A DNA stretch of 64,000 bases, taken from the NCBI GenBank assembly GCA_016748015.1, contig JAAOMT010000134.1, forward strand, positions 1,729,057 through 1,793,056. Reading direction: 5' to 3'. Below, in pieces: positions 1-12,916 of the stretch. Origin of the DNA: Geosiphon pyriformis uo1. Lineage: Eukaryota > Fungi > Glomeromycota. The stretch's first letter is position 1, and every line of letters begins with the position of its first letter. The position numbers were made by a program, and so were the translations under genes. Below the pieces are notes generated by a model, which was given only the letters and a program-made list of their open reading frames with translations, ran no database searches and had not been told where the DNA came from.

Positions 1-1600
1 ATTTGTTTTTAAAAACTGGATTAATTAAATGAAAACTAAATTATCTTTATTTTTTCTGGTTTTTGGTACTGTTATTAATAGTGCTTAAAAAACTATTGTT
101 AGTTGTCAAAAATTTACTAAATAAATAATTTTTATTCTAGTGCTTAATGTTATTTTTAAGATCAAATTAGCTCATATTAAGACTGTTTTTTAGTCTGTAC
201 TTGGTTTTTTAAATGCAAAGTCAATTATAAAAAACAATGTAAAACTCTTTTATATAGAGTTTGCTTTTCAAGATTTTTTAGATGTTGTTTTTCTGATTAT
301 ATTTACAAGCTTTGTTTATTTAGTTACTTTTAAAATTGTCAAATCTTTGGTAATTTTTGAGTTTGGTTTTTTTTCTGTTGTTATACTATATAATATGTTT
401 TTAAATATATTTGTTATTAATATTAAGACAGCTTTTAATGTGTTTAATAAAGTTGTTTATATTATATTAAAGTTTGATAGTGTTTGATAATATATAGTTA
501 TTTATTTTAAGAAATTAGGTATTGTTGTATTTGTTCTTAATTACTGATTAGTTTTGGTAAACAAAAATAATATTCAAATTTGTTTTATAATAAGTTTAAA
601 ACCAAGTTGATTAATTTTTTTTTTGGCTGTATTGTTTTTAAAATTAATGAAATAATTTTCCAAGTTAGTAATCAGATTTGTTTTATTCTTTGTTTACATA
701 ATTTTGGTTATTATTTTTAATTTGTACTAATTATATTTAGCTTATAGATTAATTTAAATACTATTATTACTAAAACTGGTTCTTTAAAAAAGTGTTGCAT
801 TTAGTAGAAAACTTATAAAAATTGATATTGTTTTAGATATTAGGATTTAAATTATTTGACTATAAATTACAAAATGTTTTTATCTTCTTTATCTAAGTCT
901 TTTAGATATTTATGTTTTGTTTTATTAGTATTAGGTTTTATGCTAAAACTGTTGTGTTTATGCTTTTTTAGTTTTTATTTTTTTGATTGGTTTTATTTTT
1001 TTGTTGTAGTTATAGTTAGTTAATCTTCTTAAAAACTGATTTAATCAAACTTTTTACATTAATTAAGTCTATTATTAAGTTTGTCAATTCTATAGTTATT
1101 GTGTTTAAATAATTTGTTAATAATAATTTGGTTTCAAATAAAGCACTTGGTTTTAAGATCAATAAAATTTTGGTGTATATAGATGCTTTTAGTAAAGTTA
1201 TTGGTAAGCTAAAACATAAGATAGTTGCTTTAAAAACTAAATATAGCAATAAAAATATTGATATAGCTGGTTTTTAGATGAATTTGTTTATAATAGATAA
1301 TAATATATTTTCTAATTTAATGTTACTTTAAAAACATAAATCTGTTGCTATAAAAACTAATGTATTAAAAACAGTTAAATAGCTGGTTAAAATATTTAAT
1401 AATAATACTATATTGTTTAAAATTATTCAAAAAATGTTTTTTTTGATTAAGTTTTTTTTTAAATATCAATATAATATAGTCTAAATTGGCTTGAATAGCT
1501 GGTTACATGTAAAAAATATGTGAATTAAATTTAATATTGGAATACTTAGTTTGTTCTTAATTTTTAGATAGTAATTAAATTATATTTGTTAAAAAAAAAA
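1..1600 (+). mobile_element. Heavily eroded copy of an ORF1-only non-autonomous LINE-like element (5' part lies outside the window)
   Basis: Aligns along its length with the reverse complement of ~3400-1770 (window start ...aaaaactggattaattaaatgaaaactaaattatct vs ...aagaactgggctgatcagatagaaactgaattatct). Ends in the shared 3' tail (~1470-1590) and an A-run at 1591-1600. Confidence 0.85.
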
Positions 1601-1747
1601 TATATTTAACTTTTATTAATTATTATACAATTAAAATAATAAATTATTTTGAAATTTAATATAATATTTATTAAAAATTAAAATAATTTACATATATTTA
1701 AGTTAAATCAAATTTTTAAACTTATTTATTAATTATAAATACTTATT

Positions 1748-4029
1748 TTTTTTATTTTTTATTTTTTATTATGAATTTAACAAATATGACCCAACTACTA
1801 TCTAGAAATTAGGACCAAACTAAGTGATCCAAGGCTAAATATGGTTTACATACTTACTATATGTAACCAGTTACTTAAGCCAGTTCAGGTTATACTATGT
1901 TAATACATCAAAAAAAAACTTATTCAAAAAAGACATTCTTTAAACAATTTTAAATAAAGTAACACTATTATTAACCAAACCAATCAACCACTCAGCTGTT
2001 TTAAAGACATTAGTTTTTACAGCAGCAGATTCATGTTCCCAAAGAGACATCAAATTAGAAAACATATCATTATCAAAAAATAACAAACTCATATGAGAGC
2101 CAAACATATCAACGTTCTTAAAACCACACTTAATTTTTAAAGCAACCACTTTCTGCTCCAGCTTACTAACAGCTCTGCTAAAAATACTTATGTAAACCAA
2201 AACTTTGTTGACCCTGAGGCCAAAAGCAGAACTTGAAACCAAATTACTATTAACAAATTGTTCAAAAACTTTGACCATAGAGCCAACAGGCTTAACAATA
2301 GATTCAACCAAAACAGAAAGCTTGGTTAAATCAGATTCCAGAAACACCAAAGAATCTTCAACAGCCACAGAAGAAGCAGAAGCCACCAAAAAAAGAAATT
2401 CAAAAAGAACAGGAGAAACAGATGCCTTTACATAAGACAAAAAACCAATGAAATATGATTTAAACACCTTGGAAGCCTTAGAAAAGAGAGGTAGAGCAAT
2501 CTTGCAGTTTACAGCCAAATGGCCTATTTTTTGACACCAAAAACAATGCTGGCAACCAGAAGTTTTCTACCAGATATGGCATTTTCTCAGTATACTAGTT
2601 TTTAGTACTGCAGTATCCAAATCAATCTGAAAACCAAATGTAACCAAAACAAATCAAGAACAATAACCAGACTTAGGAGAACAGAGAATAAAACATGTTT
2701 AACCACCAACTTAAGAAATCATATCACTAATTTTAAAAGCTGTGCAGCCAAAAGGAAAATTAACCAACTTGGCCTTAAATCTATTACAAAACAGAATAGT
2801 TTTATTCTAATTCACCAAAGAGAGGATTCTAATACTATCCTTGTCCACCAAAATTGACCAATGATTTAAAGCAGACACAGCAGAGTCCAACTTTTTAAAA
2901 TGAACAACCACATACTGCCAAATGTCAGCAGACTTCAACACAACACGAGTGACACCACCAAACACACTGAAAGCTGTTTTAATGTTAGCAGCAAACACAC
3001 CTAAGAGCATATCACACAGCACAATAGCAGCAGAAGGGGAACCAGACTCAGAAACCACCAAAAATTTGGCAATTTTAAGGGTGGCCAAATGTATAGAGCT
3101 TGTAAGCTCAACCAAAAATGCAGCTTCTAACAATACTTAAGAAACAACTTCTATATAAAACAGTTTCACATTGTCTTTTGATACTGACTTTGCATTCAAG
3201 AAACCATGTATTGACTGAAAAACAGTCTTAAGATAAGCCAATTTAATCTTAAAAGTAGCACCAGGCACCAAAGTAAAGGCCACCTATTTAGTAAATTTTT
3301 GATGACTAGTAATGGTTTCTCAAACACCACTAAAAGTAGCACCAGAAACCAGATGAGGAGATAATTCAGTTTCTATCTGATCAGCCCAGTTCTTAAGAAC
3401 AGGTAACCCAACAGAAGATAGTTGTTTTGCTTCTAAAACTGGCAATAATCTGCTAGAAGACACCATATTTGACAACACAATCAATGGTTGATCTTGGCCC
3501 ATCTTGAATGATGTGCTGGATAATGCAACAGAGATCTTATTAGAGATTTTATTTGGAACTACAAAGAAGTTTGGTATAACAATAGCAAAGACAAACAACT
3601 GTTCCCATTTTTCTGAACTTTTGGTTTTTTTGATCATTTTTTTTGAAGAAGAGATGCTAGCAACACCAGATATTGAAGTTATAGATAAGAAAACTAACTT
3701 GTTAACTAGTCTATTATTAAACACTTTTGGGCTCTTAGTAAAAGTGGAAGCAACACTGAAACTGATTCAAGTGTGTCTTTTTGAGAGAACTTTGACTGGT
3801 AAAAAACCAGTCAAAGAAGAGGGAATTGCTTCAGTAGCTACCAAAAGCAGCTTTTCATAATTACTGGGTAAAAGAAAGGCTTCTAAAACATTCTGCCTAG
3901 TTGTTTTTACAACAGAGAGAGCTTTTCTGGTTGAAATTTTATTAAATATCTCAGAAAAGATATTAAGTGCAGCTTTTTTACTCTTTGCTTTAGTTGTGGT
4001 CATAAAATTAAGAAGATAAAGAGTTTTTT
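1748..4029 (-). mobile_element. Full-length ~2.3-kb ORF1-only (HAL1-like) non-autonomous retroelement
   Basis: 10-bp TSD AATACTTATT at 1738-1747 and 4030-4039. A-rich tail at the left end. 3' UTR homologous to the LINE 3' UTRs at ~11030-11160 and ~52790-52920. One broken ORF1-like frame; no RT or endonuclease. Confidence 0.88.
1940..4003 (-). pseudogene. Degenerate ORF1/gag-like protein with RRM-like region and CCHC zinc knuckle
   Basis: ORF pieces 3767-4003, 3320-3724, 2807-3133, 1940-2518. Knuckle CFWCQKIGHLAVNC at ~2545-2504. IWQYVVVHFKKLDSAVSALNHWSILVDKDSIRI resembles the LINE ORF1 segment GL*QKALVEFKSSEVASLIASKWSVFMKKDSVHV. Confidence 0.8.
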
Positions 4030-4409
4030 AATACTTATTATAAAATATATAATTAAATTAAATAAATAAATATATATATTTTATTATGTTTTATAAAAAT
4101 AATTGCTATATATTTGTACTTTTATAGTTTTAAAATTTATACTATATATAAATATTTAATTAAAATTATGTAATTAATTATAAAAAAAAGTAGCTTTTAT
4201 TTTTTTTTTGGTTTTTAATAGTAATATTATTTAAGAAGCCATTTTAACTATAAAAATAGCTAAACAATATTTTATTAAAGTGTAAAATCTTTTTCTTGTT
4301 GATCCTCCAGTTATAATGAGAGTGAGATATTGTCAAAAAAAAAGTTTCCCTTACTTCTTATTCCCTTTGTATTTTAATTATTTCTTTGGATGTATCTTTA
4401 TTTGTAAAC

Positions 4410-6368
4410 ATAGAACTGGCAAATCCTGTTGCTGGTGGCTCTAGATCTACTTCTGTTGGATTGGAGAACTGGCCTGATACGAGAAAAAAAAGGGTGAATA
4501 GTATATACTTATGCAGTACATCTTACAAGAAGCCGAGAAATCCTAAAGTTGGAGTTGATGTGATTGACTCATCTGCTGGACCTCTGAGTCTGGCCAATAT
4601 TGGTATCATTAACAATAAGTTTTCGAAATCTTGGGGCAGTGAAATAGAATGCAAAGTGAGTAACATGGGTGGTCTGTTGAACTTGAAGAACATGAAAAAT
4701 ATTGTCACTGAGGAAACTAATTACGCTAACTTAGACAATTCTGTGGTCAATGGCATGGAAGATGATATCACACCTAAGAAAATGCGCACTTGTATATATG
4801 TGTTAGGTCAACTTCTAAAGACTTTTTTATTTAACATTTTAAGTGGTGATAAGAATATGATGGCTTTTTTGTCTTCTAAGTTTAAGGGTTCCAATCAGCT
4901 GCTGAGTATCAAGTCATGTGTTTCGGAAAAAAAATGAAACTTTGAGCCAGTAAAATTTTTTGCACTAGATATTGAGCTTTTGGCTATTCCAGAAAAATCT
5001 GTTAGTGACAAATTAATCTCAATAAAAAAAATTTTTTATTGAATTGATGGTTTTGAGAAAGTATTGACTTTTTCAAAATTCTTAGAAATCATCAGAGCTT
5101 CATTTACTTCTGAGTTTAGTATGAATAAGGCAAAGAAATTTGCAATCTGCAAGAAAATTATTATTAATAATAATCTAAGAAAAGTAAATAGCTGTTCAGA
5201 TCAGGAGGTGATCATCAAGAAGATCCCAGTAAATCTTCTCAGATCAGCAGTGGAATCGGTTTTTTCCAAATTTGACAAGATTATTTCAATCAAGATACAG
5301 TTGATTGGACTTTGACAGAAGGCTCTGGTAGAGTTTAAGTCATCTGAGGTGGCCAGTCTGATTGCTTCTAAATGGTCAGTGTTCATGAAAAAAGATTCTG
5401 TACATGTGACTTTGGCAAATAAGGACAAACAAATGTGAATATTTAAAGATCAGCATCAAGTTTTGCTTTATACTCTCCCAATTGGCACCATGGCCCATAA
5501 TTTTTCTGTTTTGGTAAGAGCTTATAGTAGAAGAACCTGTTTTATTGGCCATAATCCTGCATCATACATATGAGATAGGTGCACTGTCATTTGTTTTGAG
5601 GATGAAGTATCCAAATTGGCTGCTATTGGTTCTGTTCCAGTTTTTAAGAGTGTGAGTTTGCACTGGACTAGTCTTTTATTGGCATGTTGTGCCAAATGTA
5701 AACAATTTGGTCATGTTTCTGATATGTGTTTAGTTAATAAGAATTTTGGGGTTCATGGAAAGCAGATAGTAACTGATTGGGATCAGGTTTGTTTGACTGG
5801 TATTTATAAAAAAAAGCAAGCTTCTATTGCATGTCCAGTCTCTTTTGGTGGAAAAACTTGGGCCCAGATTGCTGGCAGCTCCTCACTTCATGTGATTTCT
5901 TTAGCTGCTCCTGGTGTTGGTTTGGTTTCGGGTGCAAATTCCCCTCCTTTGGCTTTTATTTCTCTTATTGTCTCTGGTTTAAATAATCATTTGGCTTTTC
6001 TGGAATGCTCTTTGGAAATTTTGTCTAAACAGGTTTCTGGTATTCTAAAAAAGTTGAGTTTTGTTGAGTTGGTGCTCTTAGTGTCTTCTTTTTGTGCTTC
6101 ATCTCTGGCTGTTTTTGTGCTTGTGGCTTCTGTTTTGGATTCAAATATGGCTCTAGATGATATGTTGACATCATCTTTTTTTCCTTTTCTAGGTGTTGAT
6201 GAGTTGGTTAATGGTTTTAATTTGAGTAGTTCAAAGATTCTGACTTCCAAAGTGGGTGGTTTGGAATCTAAGATGTTGACTCTGGAAGTGTCAGTCAGTT
6301 TTGTTTTGGCTAAGTTGGATTTTTTGTGTTCTGGTTCAGGTTTGTCATTGCTTTCTTTCTTTCAATAA
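4410..6368 (+). pseudogene. LINE ORF1 with CCHC knuckle
   Basis: ORF pieces 4386-4937, 5064-5315 and 5616-6368 separated by stops/frameshifts. Knuckle CAKCKQFGHVSDMC. Start codon inferred to be eroded to ATA at 4410. Confidence 0.85.
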
Positions 6369-9300
6369 ATGGTCTAGTTTGAAAAATGGCTATTTGTAAC
6401 ATTAAGGGCATGACTAATTTGGAGAAACAAAAGGACATTGTTCATTGGCATCTAGAATCTGATAACATGGTTTCTTTTTTTACTGAGACTAAGTTAAGAG
6501 TAAGTGCTGGTCTTTGGATTAAGAACAGATTTGAGGGTGTCAGAATTTTTATGTCTGGTCTGGAAGAGAGGTTTCTTGGTGCAAGTATGGCTGTAGTTAT
6601 AAATAGTTCCTTGGCTTGGCATGTTTTGAAAGTTAAGAAGGTTCCTGATCAGGTCATTTTTGTTTGTTTGTTGTTTAAAAATAAGCTTTTGGTTATTTTT
6701 CTGAGTTTGTATGCTAGTGCTTCTGCCAAAACACATTTTGCTCAAGCTCTCAACATTAACTTATTCATCTCTAAGGTGGTTAATAATAGTTCTTTTGTGG
6801 TTGTTGGTGGAGATTTTAATAAAGACGGTGCTAGAAAATATGCTAGTTTTAGGAAGTATTCAGATTTGGAGTTGGTTAACTCGCTGAGTGGTTACTCTCT
6901 AAGTAAGTTGCCTACTTAGAGAAATTCTCAAGGAGTTGAAAAGACTATTGATTATGTTTTGTGAGTAAGATTCTTTCTTTAGCTGTTGCTGGCCATAATG
7001 TTGCCTCTGTGTTTGAACTTTTTGAAACCGATCATAATATGGTTGGAATCTTGGTTGGGTTGGAGGACTTCATTGATGCTTGTCTAAATAGTATTTGCAA
7101 GCAGACTAATAAAGACCACTGGAAGTATAGAATTAAAGATACAGATATTGTCAAATGAGGTTGTTTTAGGGATTGCTTTTTGGTCAGGTTGTCTTTGCTT
7201 TCGGATATCTTTTTGGTCTCAAAAGAAAAAAAAGATTTGGATGAGATGTGGGAGGTATTAAAAAGTGCTGTTTGTGATTTAGCTGATAAAAATTTCTTTA
7301 AGCATTGGTTTTGTGAATTCGATAGTCCTAAAAACAAACAATCTTCGAAGTTTTTTAAGCTGAAATCTTTGGTTGTCAGGATTACAAAAAGTTTGTGCTC
7401 AGGTAGATTGGTAGAAGTGGATTGTCTTGTTTGGGTTTGGTCGACTCTTGACATTGTCAAGGCCTTAGAGTTTGCTGTTTTGCTTGAAAATGGTTCAAAT
7501 TTACATGAGCTGTACAGTCTTTTGTCAAAAGTCAGGATATGTTATTGGAAATCCAAATACCACGAGGCTGAGTTGGCTAGATATAAACACATCAAAGATG
7601 TGATAGACAAATGTATAGAGAGTTTTAATTCTAATAAAGGTGGGATGATTAAAAGCATCTTAGAGCATCTTTTTCACAAAGTTGTATTGGATCATTTGGT
7701 AGTTAATGATGAGTTGATTTTGGATCCCATGGAGATTTGGTCTAAAGTAAATGAAATCATGGTGGACTGGACCCACAGACAGAGAATCTTTTCAGTCTTA
7801 TCTGATTTATGAGCTCATCAGTATGCCTCTTTAAATCATGTAGATGATGATGCCTTCTTAGGTGTGATGAGTGATATTAGCTTGAGTGAATTGTTTCTGG
7901 TTATCGGTGGGCTGCCCAATGACAAAGCTGCTGGTTTTTTTGATATAACTAATGAGTTGTGGAAGCACGGTAGTGCTGAAGTGTTGGCTTGTCTTCTTGA
8001 TTTGCTAAATTTTTGTTTGAAAGCTGGTGATATATCTGATTTGTGGAAGAGGGCTTGGGTTTCTATGATTCTCAAGCTCTATGAATGAGATAACATTCTG
8101 ACTAACACCAGGCCAATTGTCTTGATTGAGACAGCGAGAAAAATTTTATCCAAAATTTTGTCAGATCAGATTTCCTCGATCTGCAGTGAATTTGACATTC
8201 TTCATGGTAACAATTTCTCAGTTCTAAAAGGTACTTCAACTCAGTCTCCTGTGTTTGCTGTTGGCTCAATTGTGGAGAATGCTTTGGAAAAGGGCCAGAA
8301 AATTTGGCTGGTTCTACAAAATATATGTAAAGCTTATGATTTGGTTAGGTGGCATCATTTGAAGTCCAGTTTAAAGTGCATTAAGATGTGCAGCAGATTT
8401 ATTGAGTTTTTTGGGAATATCCATGAGAATAGAATTAATAGGATTATGACTGATTTTGGTTTGTCAAATAGTTACATTGTTCACAATGGTTTGGATCAGG
8501 GTAAAGTGTTTTTTCCGCTTCTCTGGAGGATTTTTTATGATCTTCTGTTGTGCGAGGTCAAGAGGCAGAAACATTTGTGTGGCTATAGAATTAATTCGAA
8601 TTTTGTGGCAAAGTCTGGCAAAGTTGAATCTAGTGGTGGCATGTCATTTTTTTTTGTTGCAGGTGCTTTTGTTGATGATACAATCTAAGTTGGTAATAGC
8701 CAGGCCTCAACACAGTATATTTTAGACATTTTAAGTAAATTTTTTGATGTAAATAATATTTCTATTAACAACAACAAAACTGTGGCAATTCTTATTAATC
8801 AAAAGGTGAAGGATGCCTTCTTGTACATCAGTGGTTAACCCATCTTCATTGCAAGAAAGAGTGAATTTTATAAGTATCTTGGTATTTTTTTGTCTACAGA
8901 GGGCCTTTCAAAGCCAAGTCTCATTAAAGCATATATGAATGTTAGGTTTTTTTCTAATTTGATTCTTAGAAAAACGGTGTCAGATAAGTAGTTCTCTTAC
9001 CTGGTTTCAGCAGTTCTTTAGTCTATTATATGTTATTGTACACAATTCAGTTTTGTTGTTAAAAGTGTGTGTCAAAAGTAGGGTATCATGATCAAAAAGA
9101 GACTTAGAGCTAAGGCATTTTTGCCAAAAGATTTTCCCATTGAGGCATTGTACTATTCATCTCTATATGGTTTGAAGCCTTTTAAGCAAGTGCAAGCTGA
9201 AGCCAAGATTGCTTCGGTAATTAGTTTCTCCAATGCACCAGGAATTCTTGGTCATCTGTTTGAGCACCATGCTTTAGACTTGAATTAGACTTCTTTGAAT

Positions 9301-11034
9301 TCCTTGTGCCATCCAATTAAGTTGAGAGTTTGTTCACTGAACAATTTTCTGGCTGGAATTGTAAAGATTTTCTTAGATATGGGTGTTTCTTTGGTTAACA
9401 AATTATCTAGTGCATTTTGTAAGTCTGGCTATTTTTCAATGTCTGAAATTCTGGATGTTTTATGCTATTTTGATGTGGTCCATTCATTGAAACATTTTGG
9501 TGTTGCTTTTGGTAACTGTCTGTTAACTAAGCAGGATCAAGTCATGAATTGAAAAACTTTTTATTGCTGGAAGAGGTTAAGCTCTAGGAGTTCAATGCCA
9601 GTTTGGTTTAGTAAAACTTTTGTGTACATGTGTGGTAGTCTAGTAGATTTAAACAATGGTAAAGTGTTGAATAGTTCTGGTCTTTTCTGTTCAAGTGATT
9701 TTTTGGTTGTTTACAAGCATCTACACAAGGTCTGAACAAAGGAGTTGAATATTTTCACTGATGGCTCATTGAGTGGCCTAAGCACATTAGGTATGGCTTG
9801 TGGAGCAGCTGCTTATTTTTCTGAGATTGATTTGGGTGTTGGTGTTAGGGTTCAGAGTCTGTTGTCTTCTATGCTGGCAGAATTATAAGTAATTGCAGTG
9901 GCTTTGGAGTGTGTTCTATTGTCCTGCTCTGTTGTTATTTATTTTGATAGTCAAGTGGCTTTGGATGCATACGTGTTTGAATGTGAGTTGGGTCAACCAG
10001 ACTTTTGCAACAGATGTTGAATGGAATGACATCATATTGCTAATTTGATTAAATTAAAAAATGTTACTGTGAGATAGGTTAAGGTAAAGGAACATTTTGG
10101 TGTGTTTGGTAATGATCAGACTAATACTATGGCCTGTGCTGCATTTCAATCTAGCTTGTTTCTTCCAGTTGAGATTCATGATAGGTTTTTTGTGGCAGAT
10201 AGTTTAGTGGTTTCTAGTAATGCTCAGCATTTTATCTATGATGTTTGCAGAATTATGTGTCATGTTTTATAAAAAGCTGGTCTTGGTGTGAGTGTCTTGA
10301 CCAGCTTATTGCTTCATTGCATTGATTGGAAGTGTACTGCTTCTGTTTGGCATCTGGATTTTCATATGTTGACAGGTTTTACTAGTAGGAGATTGGCTGC
10401 CCTGTGCACTTATTTGATAAAGACTGTTCATGATAAATTGTCAGTGGCTGTCCATAAGAGATTGTATGATATTGGTTACCCAAGTGTTTTATGTCTGATG
10501 TGTGATGACATCAAATTTTCTAATCATGCTTTTACTTGTTCTGTGAATTTACTTTTACATTTAGAGATTGTGGCCAATCACATTGGATTGTGGAAGTCTT
10601 TGGTGAGAGTTCACCTTTTTGCTTTGTCCTCAGTACTGAACACACTTGCGAATGCTTCAGATGTCTGTATTTATGCTGTTTTGTGCAAGGGTTTTGTTTT
10701 TCAAAATTGGATTGGTGAGACTATTTCCATTTTCAGAAACAGGAAAAAGGCCCAGTCAATTGTTGTTGAGTTTGTTTACCATCTTGCAGGTGACTGTTGT
10801 GATTATCTGTAGTTGTTGAGATCTAAGTTTAGAGTTGGTATGAAAAAAATTGGTCTGGTTTACAATGATGATAGAGTTTTTGCTCTGCCACGTGGTTTAT
10901 CCAGGTTGCTATCTGATGGTGTTGTTCACATGCTAGGTGTGGTGGAATCTTTTGCTGTTAGTTTTGGTTCATATAGGCATTGTTTGTTCTTTTCTGGTTT
11001 GGATAATAGTAATAGGATTCTGATAAGTGTGTAG
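6365..11034 (+). pseudogene. LINE ORF2: AP endonuclease, reverse transcriptase, RNase H, C-terminal Zn finger
   Basis: APE motifs CNIKG, TETKL, GGDFN, IDYV, TDH. RT motifs KAAG, RPIVLIETARKILSKIL, KAYD, QG, AFVDD. RNase H IFTDGSL at ~9751. CLMC...H...C at ~10490. Many stops fall at Trp/Gln/Arg codons. Confidence 0.93.
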
Positions 11035-12916
11035 TATTGCCTTGATGGGCCTGAGTGGTCAGTCATGTGTAGTAAGTACATAAGCCATGTTTAGTTTGGG
11101 ATATTTTGTTTTATCTCTGTATGCTAGATAATAGTTAGGCTGTACTTATTAATTAATTATAAAAAAAAAATTAAAGTGTTTTTCTTAAATAATAAAAAAA
11201 CAAAACAGAAATTTAAAATTTTAAAGGTTTAAATGTAAAAATAAACTTATTTAAGAAAGTTAATAATTTAAGTTATGTTTTTATTGGTTGTTGTAATATA
11301 AATAAAAATTTAGTAATATAACAAATTTTGCAAATAATAATATTAATACAAAAAAATATTTTAAATTAAATTACTTAAATTATAATTTATAAAAAATTGT
11401 AACTTTTATGCCAATTACAATTTTTATGTCAATTATTATAAATTATATATTAATAAAATTGTTAAAATTAAACAGTCAAGATTTTCTTTATAATTAAAAA
11501 TGATTAATTGATTACTAAAATTTTAAATAATTAAAAAAATTTATAAAATTGTAACTAATACAAAAGTTTTAAAAAATTATAATTATAATTTTTTCATTTT
11601 TAGTTGACACCATTAAAAATATGTTTAAAATAATTTAAAACAAAGCTTTCAAAAATCGTAAATTAATATTACAAAAGAATAAGATATATTTATATTAAAA
11701 TTTTATATTTAATAAAAAAAGAATTAAACAAACACTTTTTTTAATTTTGAAATAATAGCATCTCAAACCGTTGATGGATAAAAAAAGTATACAAGACCAT
11801 GAAACATAAAAATTTTGCAGCTCTTTCTCTTCAATCACCTCCACGTCTTGAGTCGACCTGGAACGGGATTGCCACGAGTGTGTTTAATTTAAGCATAAGT
11901 GAAACAATGAAATGTAACTTCTGATAGTCTGTCTTTTACTCTTGGAAATGCCCATTCGTATATTGTTAAAAAGGGGTTGCCCCTTCCCACTCCAGTGGAA
12001 TGTCGCCATATCTCTTGACGGCTTAGGTATTATGATTTTGATCTTTGCGCACAATCAAGTATGCAGAAGCATAGAAGAGGGTCTTCTTATTTACCGAGGA
12101 TTCACCCTCCCATAATAAGTGGCTATTGGGTTTTCCTTCTAAATTCAATAATCCTAATTTTAACGAAACGTTCGGTTTCAGAATTATAATGCACCATCGA
12201 TCTCAATGTCTTTTCTTTATTATGATCAAGATTATAGGTTTTATTATCTCCAAAGATCACACGGTGGGTATTAATATCTGTAATCAACTTGTACCGCCCA
12301 ACCATTCATTCCAGAATATGTATACATTTGGACAAAACTAGCCTCAAAACCTCCAAGTAAAAAATTTGAGCCCTTTATCAAAAAATCATTATATCGCGTT
12401 TTTTTGATATTAAATTAATATAAATCTAATGATAATTTTCCAAAACTTTTTTCTCTGAAAACCCCGTCGAGAAATAAAAAATTGTTCGCCATAACTCGAA
12501 TTCAGAGATTGTCATAAACTGCAAATTTCATATGGTGAAATATAAGGGTAATTTTTTTGACATGTAGCGATTTACAGCTTTTATATTTTGAAGCTGTGAT
12601 TAACGTGTTTCACAAAGTAAGATCTAACCTAAATATTAACATATAAAATTTATACAAATAATTACACAGTTAAGAAAAAATTCAATATATATTTTCCAGC
12701 GAATCGATAAAGTCAAGACTGCAAACTTTGTGTAGAAATATGAAAAGTATTTTTCTTTGAACTCGATAATTAGCTAGGCGCACCAACAATTGACAAATGT
12801 TGAGGGTAAATAAAAAATCTGTACAAGAAGGTAAGTGGAAAAAAGGGAAAACAAAGGTTGGTGTATTATTATTTTTTAAATTTTTAAATTTTAATTGTCC
12901 CTTAGTTCAACATGAC

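Larger units (their letters stand above)
4284..11170 (+). mobile_element. Full-length non-LTR retrotransposon (LINE; ORF1 + APE-RT-RNase H-Zn finger ORF2), inactivated
   Basis: 10-bp TSD ATTAAAGTGT at 4274-4283 and 11170-11179, poly(A) at 11161-11170, and both ORFs recognisable. Confidence 0.95.

Noticed and set aside
1-3400. Large inverted repeat suggesting a foldback element or long TIRs
   Set aside because: Two separate tail-to-tail insertions of one retroelement family; the right copy has its own TSD and the two differ greatly in erosion.
1016-8075. Antisense short ORFs over the retroelements (e.g. 1016-1249, 2205-2435, 3504-3860, 7032-7460)
   Set aside because: Shadow frames of eroded ORF1/ORF2 on the other strand, with no independent motifs.
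6365-11034. In-frame TGA/TAG at Trp positions suggesting an alternative genetic code
   Set aside because: TGA, TAG and TAA all occur and differ between copies, consistent with G>A mutation. Host genes use TGG and standard stops.
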